Shown in pieces: positions 10,801 to 20,206 of a DNA stretch of 64,000 nt (the stretch's first letter is position 1; the number at the start of each line of letters is the position of its first letter). Origin of the DNA: a virus. Under the pieces are notes generated by a model. The model was not told the origin of the DNA. It worked only from the letters and a program-made list of their open reading frames with translations, and searched no databases. The stretch lies in the IMG/VR virus record IMGVR_UViG_3300028197_001738, positions 1-64,000 of that record, one strand, 5' to 3'. Position numbers and translations under genes: made by a program.

Positions 10801-11612
10801 AATTGGGCTCGATACCTATAGATCTTAGTGGATGGGACACAACAAGCATAGGTACTGCTGACTCAATGTTCAAAGGATGTATTTCTCTTGGTATGTATAG
10901 TCCTGTTGGTATTCAATATTGGAATTTACCATATCTCGCTGATGCATCCAGTATGTTTCAAGGATGTTTCTCTTTAAATGAATCTATATCCTGGAACCTT
11001 CCTAGTTTGTCAAAAGTAGACAACATGTTCAATAGCTGCAACCTGCTAAATAGCGATATCTCTATGCAGAACATGACTAATCTAAGTAATATTTATGCTA
11101 TGTTTATGGATTGTACTAGTCTTAATAGCAGCATTAATGTAAACACAGCGAACGCAACGTCAATGAGATACATGTTCTACAATTGTAATAGTTTAAATCA
11201 AAATTTAGCAGCAACTATGTCATTCGGCAAACTTGGACAAGGGGATGTTGCTACAAGATCTTGCTCGCTAGAAGGTTTCGCTGGAGGCGCAACAAAACTT
11301 ACTGGTGCCAACTACGATGGACTCTTGCAAGAGTGGAATGATAGTACTTATCCAGTAACTTTCACGAATGTAGATATGGGCCGATCCACTCCTAGCGTTG
11401 GCGCTGGTCAAAACGATAAAATCAGTCTTATTGATAAAGGCTGGACTATATTTGACGGAGAAAACCTCAATTTAAATCCTTCAGCACCTTCAGAGTGTGA
11501 ATTGGATACGCCATTTTATAGTGTGCCACCTCCACCTCCACAACTGCCACCGCCACCTCCACAACTGCCACCGCCTCCACCGCCGCCACCGCCGCCTCCA
11601 CCGCCATATTAG
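7893..11612 (+). CDS. Multidomain adhesin: PA-IL/LecA-like lectin, permuted FGE/CLec domain, long Thr/Pro stalk, PKD-like domain, BspA/DUF285 repeats, poly-Pro tail
   Basis: [11 protein letters not shown]...DNSGSW; [23 protein letters not shown] before [12 protein letters not shown]; INWGDG; repeated ..MF..C..LN; terminal Pro run. Confidence 0.8.
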   Translation: MSNTSLQHNLQLDPTQHVIFSEAFRNGDKQPLNGRTYYNNPLSVTLYEGEIAKITATGLINFNNHCDPYTPDGSATCSSQTDMVGGSPPGALYGRLGLGNIFRIGSSSTITVSKTQVLHLFLIDRPAEDNSGSWDITVDISSLRAARRDEQNCFNKLDSDLPQGLNCCSFIQTALPNSANYGKNANWKGSVNSSLPFVSGNITTVGSNGGASYYGTRDQTGNVAEINDAYIVDPVGGDSRGLRGGSFAEQIQFISKSHRGSVPVQDAGEFSSDIGFRLSSPYDEGVYRFHNQFLPVLNSGNTADSTSYGNVDYNYYITKFPISNTEYVQFLNTVDPSGDNQQDLFKSSTQNFYRGISNTGTVSGSIYGCDVNMDFKPVNLVDWFNAARFANWLHNKVSIGPDVTGDAATEDGAYTLNGLNSGVVYANADAKYRIPTEDEWYKAAYYDGSVDSYWKYATQTNDDPEQVCASNAGDGGQCDPLPTPTATPTSTVTPTNTATAGPTPTQTATATVTPTNTASATATPTNTPTNTVTPTNTPTSSVTPTQTASATATTTAVPTATASVTPTQTPTNTPTNSVTPTQTASATATSTTTATPTQTPTNTPTNSVTPTTTPTNTATTTATATTTHTPTNTQTPTNTPTNSVTPTQTPTNTVTPSSTNTSTPTPTATTTGTATPSPTVTSTVTPSNTQTNTATLTATPTNSATPTQTPTNTPTQTNTASPNSTPTLTTTNTPTNTLTQMFFTPTPTNTPSNTATVTPTATTTATATPTSTTEATATPTTTQTATVTPTSSVTPTITPTTTQTPTNSPTSSVTPTITPTSTITPSITPTITPSVSVLGDTNNMQLVVEVVDAAVTSQSTLTVLLDPTDTCVINWGDGEVEYVTNEQPSVYTHTYSANGVYRASIVNPIQRISFYGSVVLTHVLSWGNSPELGKYPGYGMFEQCINLVGVPSIFPANLVFASYMFAGCRKLGSIPIDLSGWDTTSIGTADSMFKGCISLGMYSPVGIQYWNLPYLADASSMFQGCFSLNESISWNLPSLSKVDNMFNSCNLLNSDISMQNMTNLSNIYAMFMDCTSLNSSINVNTANATSMRYMFYNCNSLNQNLAATMSFGKLGQGDVATRSCSLEGFAGGATKLTGANYDGLLQEWNDSTYPVTFTNVDMGRSTPSVGAGQNDKISLIDKGWTIFDGENLNLNPSAPSECELDTPFYSVPPPPPQLPPPPPQLPPPPPPPPPPPPPY
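9335..10400 (+). repeat. ~350-codon Thr/Pro/Ala mucin-like tract
   Basis: [18 protein letters not shown] and VTPT units. Confidence 0.9.
11526..11606 (+). repeat. Poly-proline tail including two 21-bp PPPPPQL units
   Basis: ccacctccacctccacaactg / ccaccgccacctccacaactg followed by a Pro run. Confidence 0.9.
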
Positions 11613-11619
11613 GAGTTTA

Positions 11620-12021
11620 ATGATGAACAATAAACAAATCGTAGAAAATTTAACCAAAAAAATATACGACAATATGGGCTATAATTCAGATTTAGACAAA
11701 GCAGGAAGCATACTTATTATACTAGCTTTAGCTGGTATAACTTTATCATTAATTAGAATAATACAAGAATGTAATAGCAACAAACTATCTAAGATGACAG
11801 AAGAAGAACAAACTCAGTTCTTGCAAAGTAGAATCAAAACTTTGTGCTCTAAGAATACTTGGATTAGTAAGTGGAGATTAAACAAGATTGTTAAGAGACA
11901 TTTATCAACAGAAGAGTACAAAATGTTTGGTAAAAAAGCAACGGACGCGATAATTAAGTCAGGGAAGAATATAGAATATAAAGAGTGTCATGCTTTAATG
12001 GGAGAATCAAATAATGTTTAG
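11620..12021 (+). CDS. Hypothetical single-TM protein
   Basis: AGGAG SD at 11611 places the start at 11620; SILIILALAGITLSLI. Confidence 0.7.
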   Translation: MMNNKQIVENLTKKIYDNMGYNSDLDKAGSILIILALAGITLSLIRIIQECNSNKLSKMTEEEQTQFLQSRIKTLCSKNTWISKWRLNKIVKRHLSTEEYKMFGKKATDAIIKSGKNIEYKECHALMGESNNV

Positions 12022-12262
12022 TATAATTATATGGTGTGTATATGGTATATTCGTAGGAGCTATTGCTAAAAGTATCGTTCCTGGAGAAGAAAATTTTGGT
12101 TTTTTTAAGACTATAGCACTAGGAGTAGCGGGCTCATATTGTGGAGGCGCAGTATTATATATGCTTGGCGAATATTCAGCAGTAGAGCCAGCTGGTATTT
12201 TTATGGGAATAGCAGGTTCTGTTTTAAGCTTAGTGTTATATAATAAATTAACGACTAAGTAA
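12014..12262 (+). CDS. GlsB/YeaQ/YmgE (transglycosylase-associated) membrane protein
   Basis: IIWC.YGI.VGAIAK.I.PG...G...TI.LGVAGS..GG...G.F.GIAGS, three TMs, 82 aa. Confidence 0.8.
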   Translation: MFSIIIWCVYGIFVGAIAKSIVPGEENFGFFKTIALGVAGSYCGGAVLYMLGEYSAVEPAGIFMGIAGSVLSLVLYNKLTTK

Positions 12263-12281
12263 AAAACAACAAGGTCCATAA

Positions 12282-13889
12282 ATGCTTCCAAAAAATTTTG
12301 ATTGGGAATATTATATTTCTGCCAATCATGACCTACAAAAAGCTGGTATTCAGGACGAAACTTCTGCTATCAAACACTGGTTAGAAAATGGCTATAAAGA
12401 AAATCGTAAGTATTGCGGTTCGAAAAATACTCTGTCTCTGATCGTAGCATGTAAAGACCGAGTATACAATTTGGTCGAAGCATTAAATTCTTGGCTAGAA
12501 ATAGATAGAATTACAGAATGTATAATTGTAGATTATAATTCGAGTCCATCTGTATTAGAAAATGAATACTTTGAGTCTTTAAAAAATAATAGTAAAATTA
12601 AAATTGTTAGAGTTGTTAATAAAGAAAGATTTAATCTGGGGCAAGCATATAATATTGCAATAGATTACTGTAACAATAGAAATATATTAAAAATAGATGC
12701 TGATCATATATGTAAAGATTCTAGTTTTTTAGATTATTTTGTAGAACCCTATGTTCATACATGCTTTCTTCATGGAGACCACATTTTTTGTGATAGTGGT
12801 CTTTCTGGATTTTGCCTTTTCCCTAAAGAAGCGAATGTTTATTATAGAGAAGACCTAAATGCGTGGGGTCATGATGATTTAGATTTCTACAATCGTCTTA
12901 GGCAAAAACCTCATCCTTACGACCCAAAACAAAAATTGAAAGAAGTTATATTTTTTAATATTGACAAGTATATAGAACACAAGCCCCATGCAACAGATAC
13001 TCATTATTATCAAAACAAACACAAAAATAACCATTTAAATAAATCACTATGTTTAATTAATCCTTATTTAGAACCATTAAGACAAGAATATAAATTAAAT
13101 AATAACGAAGAAATTATTTTTAATAATAAAAAAACTATAGATAAAATTTATTGTATTAATCTTGAGCACAGGACGGATAGATGGCAAAACTGTAATAACA
13201 TAACAAATATAGAACGTTTCGATGCTGTTAATACTAGTGATGTTACGGATCAATATATTCAAAACGGGTTAACTTACAAACCTATCGATACGGAAGTAGC
13301 CATATATTTTTATGTACATTCTGGAGCCTATGGAGCATATTTAAGTCATTACTTATTATGGCAGAAAATAGTTGCCAGTGATGTAGACTATGCTTTGGTA
13401 TTAGAAGACGACATAGAGTTAAGTAGTGTTACAAATTTTTTAGACTCTAATCTTTTAATCGAAGAGTATGATTTTATACAACTTTCTAAAAAAATTAGAT
13501 TTGATATATATAACAACGCAATATTTGACGGTGCAGAATCGTATATTATATCTAACAAAGGAGCAAACACGCTATTGTCCTTAACTCATTCTCCATTTTT
13601 ATTTGACAAGTTGGGCGTAAACAAGTATAATAATGCAAACTATGTCGATTCTGTGTCTAATAATTATCGATGGTCAGAACAACCAGCCATCACTTGTCCC
13701 GTAGATAAGTTTATGGGGTATGCTTGTCAGACGGGGTTATTAAAATTTTTCTTGTATCCAACTATTAATATAGATAAAGAATTGTCAAAAAAATCGAACA
13801 TAGCAATAGAAGGTAGTATTAATGCTTGGAATTTTGATTATAATACTATTAAGCATTATTCTAAATTGATTGGAAACATAAATGAGTAG
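12282..13889 (+). CDS. Fused glycosyltransferase: GT-A (GT2/GT7-like) plus GT25
   Basis: IIVDYNS, FNLGQAYN, KIDAD, WGHDDLDF; then IYCINL..R.DRW, RFDAV, G.YLSH..LW, LVLEDD. Confidence 0.85.
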   Translation: MLPKNFDWEYYISANHDLQKAGIQDETSAIKHWLENGYKENRKYCGSKNTLSLIVACKDRVYNLVEALNSWLEIDRITECIIVDYNSSPSVLENEYFESLKNNSKIKIVRVVNKERFNLGQAYNIAIDYCNNRNILKIDADHICKDSSFLDYFVEPYVHTCFLHGDHIFCDSGLSGFCLFPKEANVYYREDLNAWGHDDLDFYNRLRQKPHPYDPKQKLKEVIFFNIDKYIEHKPHATDTHYYQNKHKNNHLNKSLCLINPYLEPLRQEYKLNNNEEIIFNNKKTIDKIYCINLEHRTDRWQNCNNITNIERFDAVNTSDVTDQYIQNGLTYKPIDTEVAIYFYVHSGAYGAYLSHYLLWQKIVASDVDYALVLEDDIELSSVTNFLDSNLLIEEYDFIQLSKKIRFDIYNNAIFDGAESYIISNKGANTLLSLTHSPFLFDKLGVNKYNNANYVDSVSNNYRWSEQPAITCPVDKFMGYACQTGLLKFFLYPTINIDKELSKKSNIAIEGSINAWNFDYNTIKHYSKLIGNINE

Positions 13890-14340
13890 GCCGGATTGGA
13901 CAGATTATTTTTTAGGATTAGCCAAAGTTGTTTCACAGAGGAGTCACGACATACACACTAAGCATGGCTGCGTAATTACAGATCAACAGCATAGAATATT
14001 AGGAGTTGGCTACAATGGCTTTCCAAAAGGCATGGATGATGGATCTCTTCCTACTTCTCGTCCAGAAAAATATCGCTGGATGATTCATGCAGAAAGAAAT
14101 GCATTGTCTAATTGCGTCATTCGTCCAGACAATGGGATTGCTTACATAACAGGACAATGTTGCAATGACTGTATCATGTCTTTGTGGCAAGAAGGCGTTA
14201 CTCATATTGTTATGTCTGACACTCACGGGACTCATTTGTTTGATGAGAGAGAACAAAACATTTTCGATTTATTTGTAAAACAAACAGGTATTAAAATTTC
14301 AAAATGTACACCAAATTTATCTTGGATAAAAAAAATATAG
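13882..14340 (+). CDS. dCMP deaminase
   Basis: RPDW..YF..LA..VS.RS, GYNG.P.G, HAE.NA, CNDC zinc motif. Confidence 0.92.
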   Translation: MSRPDWTDYFLGLAKVVSQRSHDIHTKHGCVITDQQHRILGVGYNGFPKGMDDGSLPTSRPEKYRWMIHAERNALSNCVIRPDNGIAYITGQCCNDCIMSLWQEGVTHIVMSDTHGTHLFDEREQNIFDLFVKQTGIKISKCTPNLSWIKKI

Positions 14341-14372
14341 TTAGCTAAAAGAATTTTTGGGGATTACCGGAT

Positions 14373-14388
14373 GGTGTATAATTAATAC
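14373..14388 (+). promoter_or_regulatory. Putative promoter GGTGTATAATTAATA upstream of the RNR gene
   Basis: Third intergenic copy of the motif; contains TATAAT. Confidence 0.55.
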
Positions 14389-14494
14389 AATCAATACTTT
14401 ATTCGGCCCTTGTCTACTCTAACAAATGATTTATCATATCTATGACAGAATCAATCTTCATTTCGGGCCTTACAGATATTTTTAAGGAGTCAGT

Positions 14495-16693
14495 ATGTCG
14501 GCATTAAACGAGTTACAAAATTATACTTTTGTTAGTAAATACGCTAGATGGGTAGAAGCCGAGAATCGCAGAGAAACTTGGAAAGAAGCAGTTGATCGTG
14601 TCAAAAATATGATGCTAACTTATTATGCTGAAAAAGACGTCAAGAAAGAAATAGAGTGGGCTTATGACCTGATGTTTAAAAAGAAAATTTTGGGTAGCCA
14701 AAGAGCTTTGCAATTTGGAGGAGAGCCTATTCTTAAACGTCATGCAAAAATTTATAATTGCACTAGTTCGCATTGCGACAGACCTAGGTTTTTTCAAGAG
14801 TGTTTTTGGCTATTACTTTGCGGTAGTGGCACTGGCTTTAGTGTTCAAAAACATCATATAGCTAAACTACCTAATTTATCACAAACAAAAAAAGATAAGC
14901 GTAAGGGTGTAAAATATAAAATAGAAGATAGTATTGAAGGATGGTCTGATGCTCTTGGTATCTTATTAAGCTCATACTTTAATAAGCCTAGCGAATCACG
15001 GTTTTCTGAGTATAAAGATAAGTATATTATCTTTGATTATTCTAATATTCGTGAAAAGGGAGCTCAACTATCTTCGGGAGTAGGCAAAGCCCCAGGCTTT
15101 GAACCCTTACAAAATGGATTAGAAAAGATTAGAGAGTTACTAGATAGGTGTGTTGCTAATGAACAAAAAAAACTTCGACCTCTCGATGCTTATGATATTA
15201 TTATGCACAGCAGCGATGCTGTATTATCTGGTGGTGTTCGTAGAAGTGCGTCGTTAGCTTTATTTAGTGCTGATGATGAAAATATGGCCAAAGCCAAAAC
15301 TGGGAATTGGTATATAGATAATCCCCAAAGGGCCAGAAGTAACAACTCAGCACTACTCCTCAAAGATACTACCACATATGATGAATTCAATAGTCTTATG
15401 GAGTCCGTAAAAGAGTTTGGAGAGCCTGGATTTATTTGGAGCGACTCAACAGAGATGACTTTTAATCCATGCGTAGAAGTGGGCATGTGGCCCGTTGATG
15501 AAAAAACAGGAAAATCGGGCTGGCAGGGGTGTAATCTTTCTACTATTAATTGTTCGTCTTTGGTAGATGAAGATGATTTTTATGAAAGATGTAAAGCTGC
15601 TGCTATTATAGGTACTCTTCAAGCAGGTTTTACAGACTTAGATTATTTGGGTCAAGTTAGTAAAGATATTTTTGATAGAGAGGCTCTATTAGGCGTTTCA
15701 TTAACAGGCATTATGGAAAAACATGAGTTAGTATTAACAGAAAAAGTACTAAAGAAAGGAGCTAAAATAGCAGTTGATACCAACCAAAAACTAGCCAAAA
15801 TAATAGCTATCAATCAGGCCGCTAGAGTAACGTGTTTAAAACCAGAAGGAACTAGCAGCAGTATGCTTGGAACCAGCTCTGGAATCCATCCTCATCATGC
15901 TAAAAGATATATTAGACATGTACAAGCAAATATTTTAGAGGCTCCGTATCTGCACTTTAAAAGTTACAATCCATTAGCTTGTGAAAAATCATCATGGTCT
16001 GCTAACGACACAGATGAAGTAGTCAAATTCCCCATCGAAGTTCCAGATGGGTCTAAATTAAAAAATCAATTGCCAGCAGTAGAGATGCTATCCGTTGTTA
16101 AGGATGCACAAAGGAATTGGGTGCATTCTGGAAAAAATAGATCTTTATGCACACAAGACTTTCTGAGTCATAATGTTAGCAATACAGTAACAGTACAGCC
16201 AGATGAATGGGAGTCTGTTACTAAATTCATTTACAACAATAGAAAGTTTTTCGCTGGTATTAGCCTAATACCTCAAAGTGGAGATAAAGATTATCCCCAA
16301 GCTCCCTTTACTACTGTTTATACAAGCAGAGAGATTGCAAAAGAATACGGTGACGCTGCTTTATGGTGTTCAGGCTTAATAGAATTAGGCTTAAATGCTT
16401 TTGATAATAATTTATGGTCCGCTTGTGACTATATAACATTAAATCAAGACACAGATCAAGATGGAGAAGATAAAAAGTTATTTTCTTTAAAAATGAAAAG
16501 ATTTTCAAAAAAATATTTCGATGACGATACAAAAAGATTAACTTATTGTATGAAAGATGTATATAACTGGAAAATTTATACTGACTTGTATGAGAGTTTT
16601 TCTAAAGTCGATTATACGCAACTATTAGAAACAGAGGACAATACCGTAGGAATAGAGGAAATTAGTTGCGCTGGCGGCGCATGTCTAATCTAA
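14495..16693 (+). CDS. nrdJ: Class II (adenosylcobalamin-dependent) ribonucleotide reductase, RTPR-like
   Basis: KYARW..E.RRETW.E.VDR, YNC, GGVRRSA, NPCVE, CNLSTIN, KPEGTSS, C-terminal CAGGAC; no ATP cone; no beta-subunit gene adjacent. Confidence 0.88.
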   Translation: MSALNELQNYTFVSKYARWVEAENRRETWKEAVDRVKNMMLTYYAEKDVKKEIEWAYDLMFKKKILGSQRALQFGGEPILKRHAKIYNCTSSHCDRPRFFQECFWLLLCGSGTGFSVQKHHIAKLPNLSQTKKDKRKGVKYKIEDSIEGWSDALGILLSSYFNKPSESRFSEYKDKYIIFDYSNIREKGAQLSSGVGKAPGFEPLQNGLEKIRELLDRCVANEQKKLRPLDAYDIIMHSSDAVLSGGVRRSASLALFSADDENMAKAKTGNWYIDNPQRARSNNSALLLKDTTTYDEFNSLMESVKEFGEPGFIWSDSTEMTFNPCVEVGMWPVDEKTGKSGWQGCNLSTINCSSLVDEDDFYERCKAAAIIGTLQAGFTDLDYLGQVSKDIFDREALLGVSLTGIMEKHELVLTEKVLKKGAKIAVDTNQKLAKIIAINQAARVTCLKPEGTSSSMLGTSSGIHPHHAKRYIRHVQANILEAPYLHFKSYNPLACEKSSWSANDTDEVVKFPIEVPDGSKLKNQLPAVEMLSVVKDAQRNWVHSGKNRSLCTQDFLSHNVSNTVTVQPDEWESVTKFIYNNRKFFAGISLIPQSGDKDYPQAPFTTVYTSREIAKEYGDAALWCSGLIELGLNAFDNNLWSACDYITLNQDTDQDGEDKKLFSLKMKRFSKKYFDDDTKRLTYCMKDVYNWKIYTDLYESFSKVDYTQLLETEDNTVGIEEISCAGGACLI

Positions 16694-16715
16694 TTTATTC
16701 TGAAAGGTTAACAAA

Positions 16716-17426
16716 TTGAGAAAACGAAAAAAAAATCCGACTATTAATGCTACAAATAAGCTAGTTCCAGATGATTTTGTACTTGGATTTAAAAATAGAC
16801 TTAAACCCAGAACAATAAATCAAAAAGAATATATCAGAGCCATAGCAGAAAATACTATTACTTTTTGTCAAGGGGTTGCTGGAAGCGGAAAAACTCACAT
16901 AGCTGTGGGTATGGCTTTAGAATATCTGCTTGACAACAAAGTAGACAAAATTGTAATAACAAGACCTGTTGTAGAAGCTGGAGAAAAACTAGGTTATTTA
17001 CCTGGAACAGCAGAGGAAAAACTTCATCCGTATTTATTGCCTTTGTTTGATGAAATTAATTATTTCTTACATATGCAATCTTACTCTAAATTAAAAGTAG
17101 GTAGACAAATAGAAGTTGTTCCTTTGGGTCTTATGAGAGGCAGGAGTTTTCATAATGCTTTCATAGTAGCAGATGAGTGCCAAAATGCATCTTACGATCA
17201 ATTAAAAATGCTTTTGACACGTATTGGCGTAGATAGTAAAATGGTCCTAACGGGAGATGTAGATCAATCAGACTTAAGAGAAGAACAAAGGGGTGGTTTT
17301 TCGTCTCTTATTAATTATCTGAATGGAGTAGATGACCTATCTATAACTACTTTAGATGGTTCTGATATTGTGAGAAATCCTATTATTGTTAATATATTAA
17401 ATAGATTAAATGAGTACAAACGTTGA
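16716..17426 (+). CDS. phoH: PhoH-like ATPase
   Basis: GVAGSGKT, ITRPVVEAGEKLGYLPG, MRGRSF, DECQN, TGD..QSDL, DIVRNP; TTG start. Confidence 0.95.
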   Translation: MRKRKKNPTINATNKLVPDDFVLGFKNRLKPRTINQKEYIRAIAENTITFCQGVAGSGKTHIAVGMALEYLLDNKVDKIVITRPVVEAGEKLGYLPGTAEEKLHPYLLPLFDEINYFLHMQSYSKLKVGRQIEVVPLGLMRGRSFHNAFIVADECQNASYDQLKMLLTRIGVDSKMVLTGDVDQSDLREEQRGGFSSLINYLNGVDDLSITTLDGSDIVRNPIIVNILNRLNEYKR

Positions 17427-18006
17427 CAAGAAAAAATGTTTATTATTAAATGCAGACTATGCTCCAATTAAAATAATTTCTTGGAAACAGGCAATGGTAT
17501 TAGACTATAAGAATAAGTCTAAAAATCATTCAATAATAGATATTTTAGAATATTATGAAAATATGTATGTAGCTGGTACAGATGAAAAAAAATATTCTGT
17601 GCCAGCTATTATGCGTATTAAAAAATACATTAATATATATAAGCACAAAATTAATTTTTCTCGTAAAAACCTATTTATCAGAGATAAATTTTCTTGTCAA
17701 TATTGTGGCAAACAATTAATTGGTACACAGTTGACATATGACCATGTAATCCCCAAATCTAGATATAAGCCGTTCTATAAGAAAAGCACCAGCTGGTCAA
17801 ATATAGTTACCTCATGCAGAAAATGTAATATAAAGAAGGGCAATAAAACCCCTGATGAGGCAGGTATGAAACTGATTAATAAACCGTTAAGACCCTTTTA
17901 TAGCGTTGAGTACTTGCCTATGTACCTTGAGGTTGTTAGTATAAGTGAAGATTCTACATATCATTGCTGGAAACCTTATATTAAACATATAATCAATAAT
18001 GAATAA
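17410..18006 (+). CDS. HNH endonuclease
   Basis: LLLNADY.P, RDKFSCQYCG, TYDHVIPKS, NIVTSCRKCN.KKGNKTP. Confidence 0.92.
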   Translation: MSTNVDKKKCLLLNADYAPIKIISWKQAMVLDYKNKSKNHSIIDILEYYENMYVAGTDEKKYSVPAIMRIKKYINIYKHKINFSRKNLFIRDKFSCQYCGKQLIGTQLTYDHVIPKSRYKPFYKKSTSWSNIVTSCRKCNIKKGNKTPDEAGMKLINKPLRPFYSVEYLPMYLEVVSISEDSTYHCWKPYIKHIINNE

Positions 18007-18400
18007 TTTCTATATAAAAAGTACAAATTACGATAGTAAAAATTTTTGTGCCATGGGTCAGGAAGACTATATAGATAAAAATGGAGACCCAAGAATCGAA
18101 GAAAATGATAGTGATAAAATAGCAGCTAAAATTATTTTCAATAAAAAATCTAGACAAGTAAATCAAAAAGATTTATCTAAATCGTATTTTATAAAGATCA
18201 ATCCGAAGATGGAAGTTTTTAATCCCATAGAGTTACTATCTAGTGTGAACAATAAACAAACAAATCATTTTATAGAAAACACATGCAAGAGTGAATGGTT
18301 TTTCAAAGAAGTAGATATGCATGTTTTTAACAAATACTTAAATTTTTTGAAATTAAAAAATGTAAAACTGATTAAGGATATTCAAAGAGATTTAAAATAA
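17999..18400 (+). CDS. Hypothetical protein, paralog of 19041-19427
   Basis: Shared G.PRI..AK..Y(F/Y)I..(F/Y)NP..FK.V..F..(F/Y)L..K..K pattern. Confidence 0.7.
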   Translation: MNNFYIKSTNYDSKNFCAMGQEDYIDKNGDPRIEENDSDKIAAKIIFNKKSRQVNQKDLSKSYFIKINPKMEVFNPIELLSSVNNKQTNHFIENTCKSEWFFKEVDMHVFNKYLNFLKLKNVKLIKDIQRDLK

Positions 18401-18401
18401 A

Positions 18402-18743
18402 ATGCCAATATATTCTTATTGTTGTAAAAAGTGTAGCCAAACATTTGAGATGTTTTTTAATTACAGTAATTACAAAGATAAACCTAAATGTGAAATTTGT
18501 GGATCAAAGGACACGGATAGACAAATAACACTAGATGCCGCAACAATAAATGGTTCTGTTAAAAAATCAGATTCTGAATTAAAGATTGGTGATTTAGCTA
18601 ACAGAAATAGAGATAAACTATCACAAGATGAAAAGATACACCTATATAATAAACACAATGAATATAAACAAGATAAACCAGCAAGCAAATTACCTCCAGG
18701 TGCTAAAAGACTTAAAAAGACTAAAGGTGTAAAATGGACATAG
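18402..18743 (+). CDS. FmdB-family zinc-ribbon protein
   Basis: MPIYSYCCKKCSQTFE...PKCEICGS. Confidence 0.85.
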   Translation: MPIYSYCCKKCSQTFEMFFNYSNYKDKPKCEICGSKDTDRQITLDAATINGSVKKSDSELKIGDLANRNRDKLSQDEKIHLYNKHNEYKQDKPASKLPPGAKRLKKTKGVKWT

Positions 18744-19051
18744 ATAAAACCTTAGAGCAAATATCTAATTTAGATAAGCAAAAAATAAAACACAGAGACT
18801 ACGAGAATCAGTCCGAATTATTTGATACCGAAGCCCCTATGCCTATTATTACAGACTCAGATCATGAAATCGTAATAGAGTTATCTATGAATTTGCTTTC
18901 TAAAAATTCAGAAGATACTGCTGCCTTACCAGAGACTCAGCCTATGTATCACAACAACTACTGGATACCTTTACAGTCTGGAATAAATCCAGAAGAATAC
19001 TGTAAAACTTTTTTAAATCATTTTCAAAACGCAATTACTGGTGCAATATAA
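18734..19051 (+). CDS. Hypothetical protein
   Basis: Overlapping operon gene. Confidence 0.6.
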   Translation: MDIDKTLEQISNLDKQKIKHRDYENQSELFDTEAPMPIITDSDHEIVIELSMNLLSKNSEDTAALPETQPMYHNNYWIPLQSGINPEEYCKTFLNHFQNAITGAI

Positions 19052-19427
19052 CATGGAAGATTTTAATATAAATCATATTGATAATGATAATAGCGGTGTT
19101 TTTTCTTATTACTATAGTTTTTTAGATGATTCTGATTTTGAAGACTCTTTAGGATATCCTAGAATTAAAGATCTAGATAATAGGGCTATGGCAAAAAAAG
19201 TTTGTGCTGACAAAGAACAGCAAAGCCATTACTATATTAGAAAGGGCTACGACAGTAAAATATATAATCCTTTATCACAAATTGCGTCTAAGAGTAAATT
19301 TAATATAACAGACAATTCAGACAATATGCGTTTTAAATTAGTTAGCAAAAAAGCTTTTGATTTATTTATGATATACCTGTCAACAAAAGATATAAAAATA
19401 TTAAACCAAACAGAGAGAGAAGTATAA
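19041..19427 (+). CDS. Hypothetical protein, paralog of 17999-18400
   Basis: See paralog; the true start may be the ATG at 19053. Confidence 0.7.
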   Translation: MQYNMEDFNINHIDNDNSGVFSYYYSFLDDSDFEDSLGYPRIKDLDNRAMAKKVCADKEQQSHYYIRKGYDSKIYNPLSQIASKSKFNITDNSDNMRFKLVSKKAFDLFMIYLSTKDIKILNQTEREV

Positions 19428-19429
19428 TT

Positions 19430-19759
19430 ATGGCTGATATAAGTAATACAAAAAAATATGCAATCTTATGGTTAAATTCTTTGGGTAGAGACATTTCTAC
19501 TATTAGTTCTGAACTTAAGATTTCTAAAGATAAAGTATTAGGCATTGTAACTGAAAGCGGTTCTGTTTCCGAAGAAACTACTCAGGCTCAATCTCAAACA
19601 AGCAAAGATCTCATGATCACACGTACTGCTGGGAAAGGCGTTAATTCTGTAGCAATAATGACCAAAGAGGCGTCGGAAGTTGGGGATGCTAAATTAAAGA
19701 ATGCTCAGAAACAAACGTATGATGATTTAGAAAAAGGTATATTTAGACCTACAAAATAA
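19430..19759 (+). CDS. Hypothetical protein with possible N-terminal HTH
   Basis: GRDISTISSELKISKDKV. Confidence 0.6.
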   Translation: MADISNTKKYAILWLNSLGRDISTISSELKISKDKVLGIVTESGSVSEETTQAQSQTSKDLMITRTAGKGVNSVAIMTKEASEVGDAKLKNAQKQTYDDLEKGIFRPTK

Positions 19760-19783
19760 TTTTTTGGATATTTAACTTTTATA

Positions 19784-20206
19784 ATGAAAAATACATTTCC
19801 CTCCCGTTACTCTAATGGGATAACAGTCTCTGCTGCACAATATATAACTGAGCTTATATGTGAAAATAAAGCTAAAATAGACAAAGAAGATCTGTATTAT
19901 AGATTTTGGTTGACTAAAAAATGGGATAAATATTATAGAAATCAAATAGCTTCTGCGAATAAGCTTGTTAAACAATATGATCCAAGAGCTATCATTCTAG
20001 CATTAAAAGACAAAAAAGCCCAAAAAATATATTCTTTGCGGGCCCCTCACTTAAAAGATATTATAGAGTATCACCAAGATATACTTGATAGCAAAAATCA
20101 AAGCTTTACTCTTGAGTTAGACAGAAAAGAAAACAAAACATTTAAGAAAATAGAACCAAAGAAAAATATAATTTCTAAAATAAAGGATTTAGATGATGGG
20201 CTTTAA
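19784..20206 (+). CDS. Hypothetical basic protein
   Basis: 140-aa ORF overlapping the recA start. Confidence 0.65.
   Translation: MKNTFPSRYSNGITVSAAQYITELICENKAKIDKEDLYYRFWLTKKWDKYYRNQIASANKLVKQYDPRAIILALKDKKAQKIYSLRAPHLKDIIEYHQDILDSKNQSFTLELDRKENKTFKKIEPKKNIISKIKDLDDGL

Noticed and set aside
11497-11619. His-rich N-terminal extension of the 174-aa ORF
   Set aside because: Alternate-frame reading of the poly-Pro tail; the SD supports a start at 11620.
14341-14494. Canonical cobalamin riboswitch or NrdR box
   Set aside because: No recognisable B12-box or NrdR consensus by eye; kept only as a candidate structured leader.
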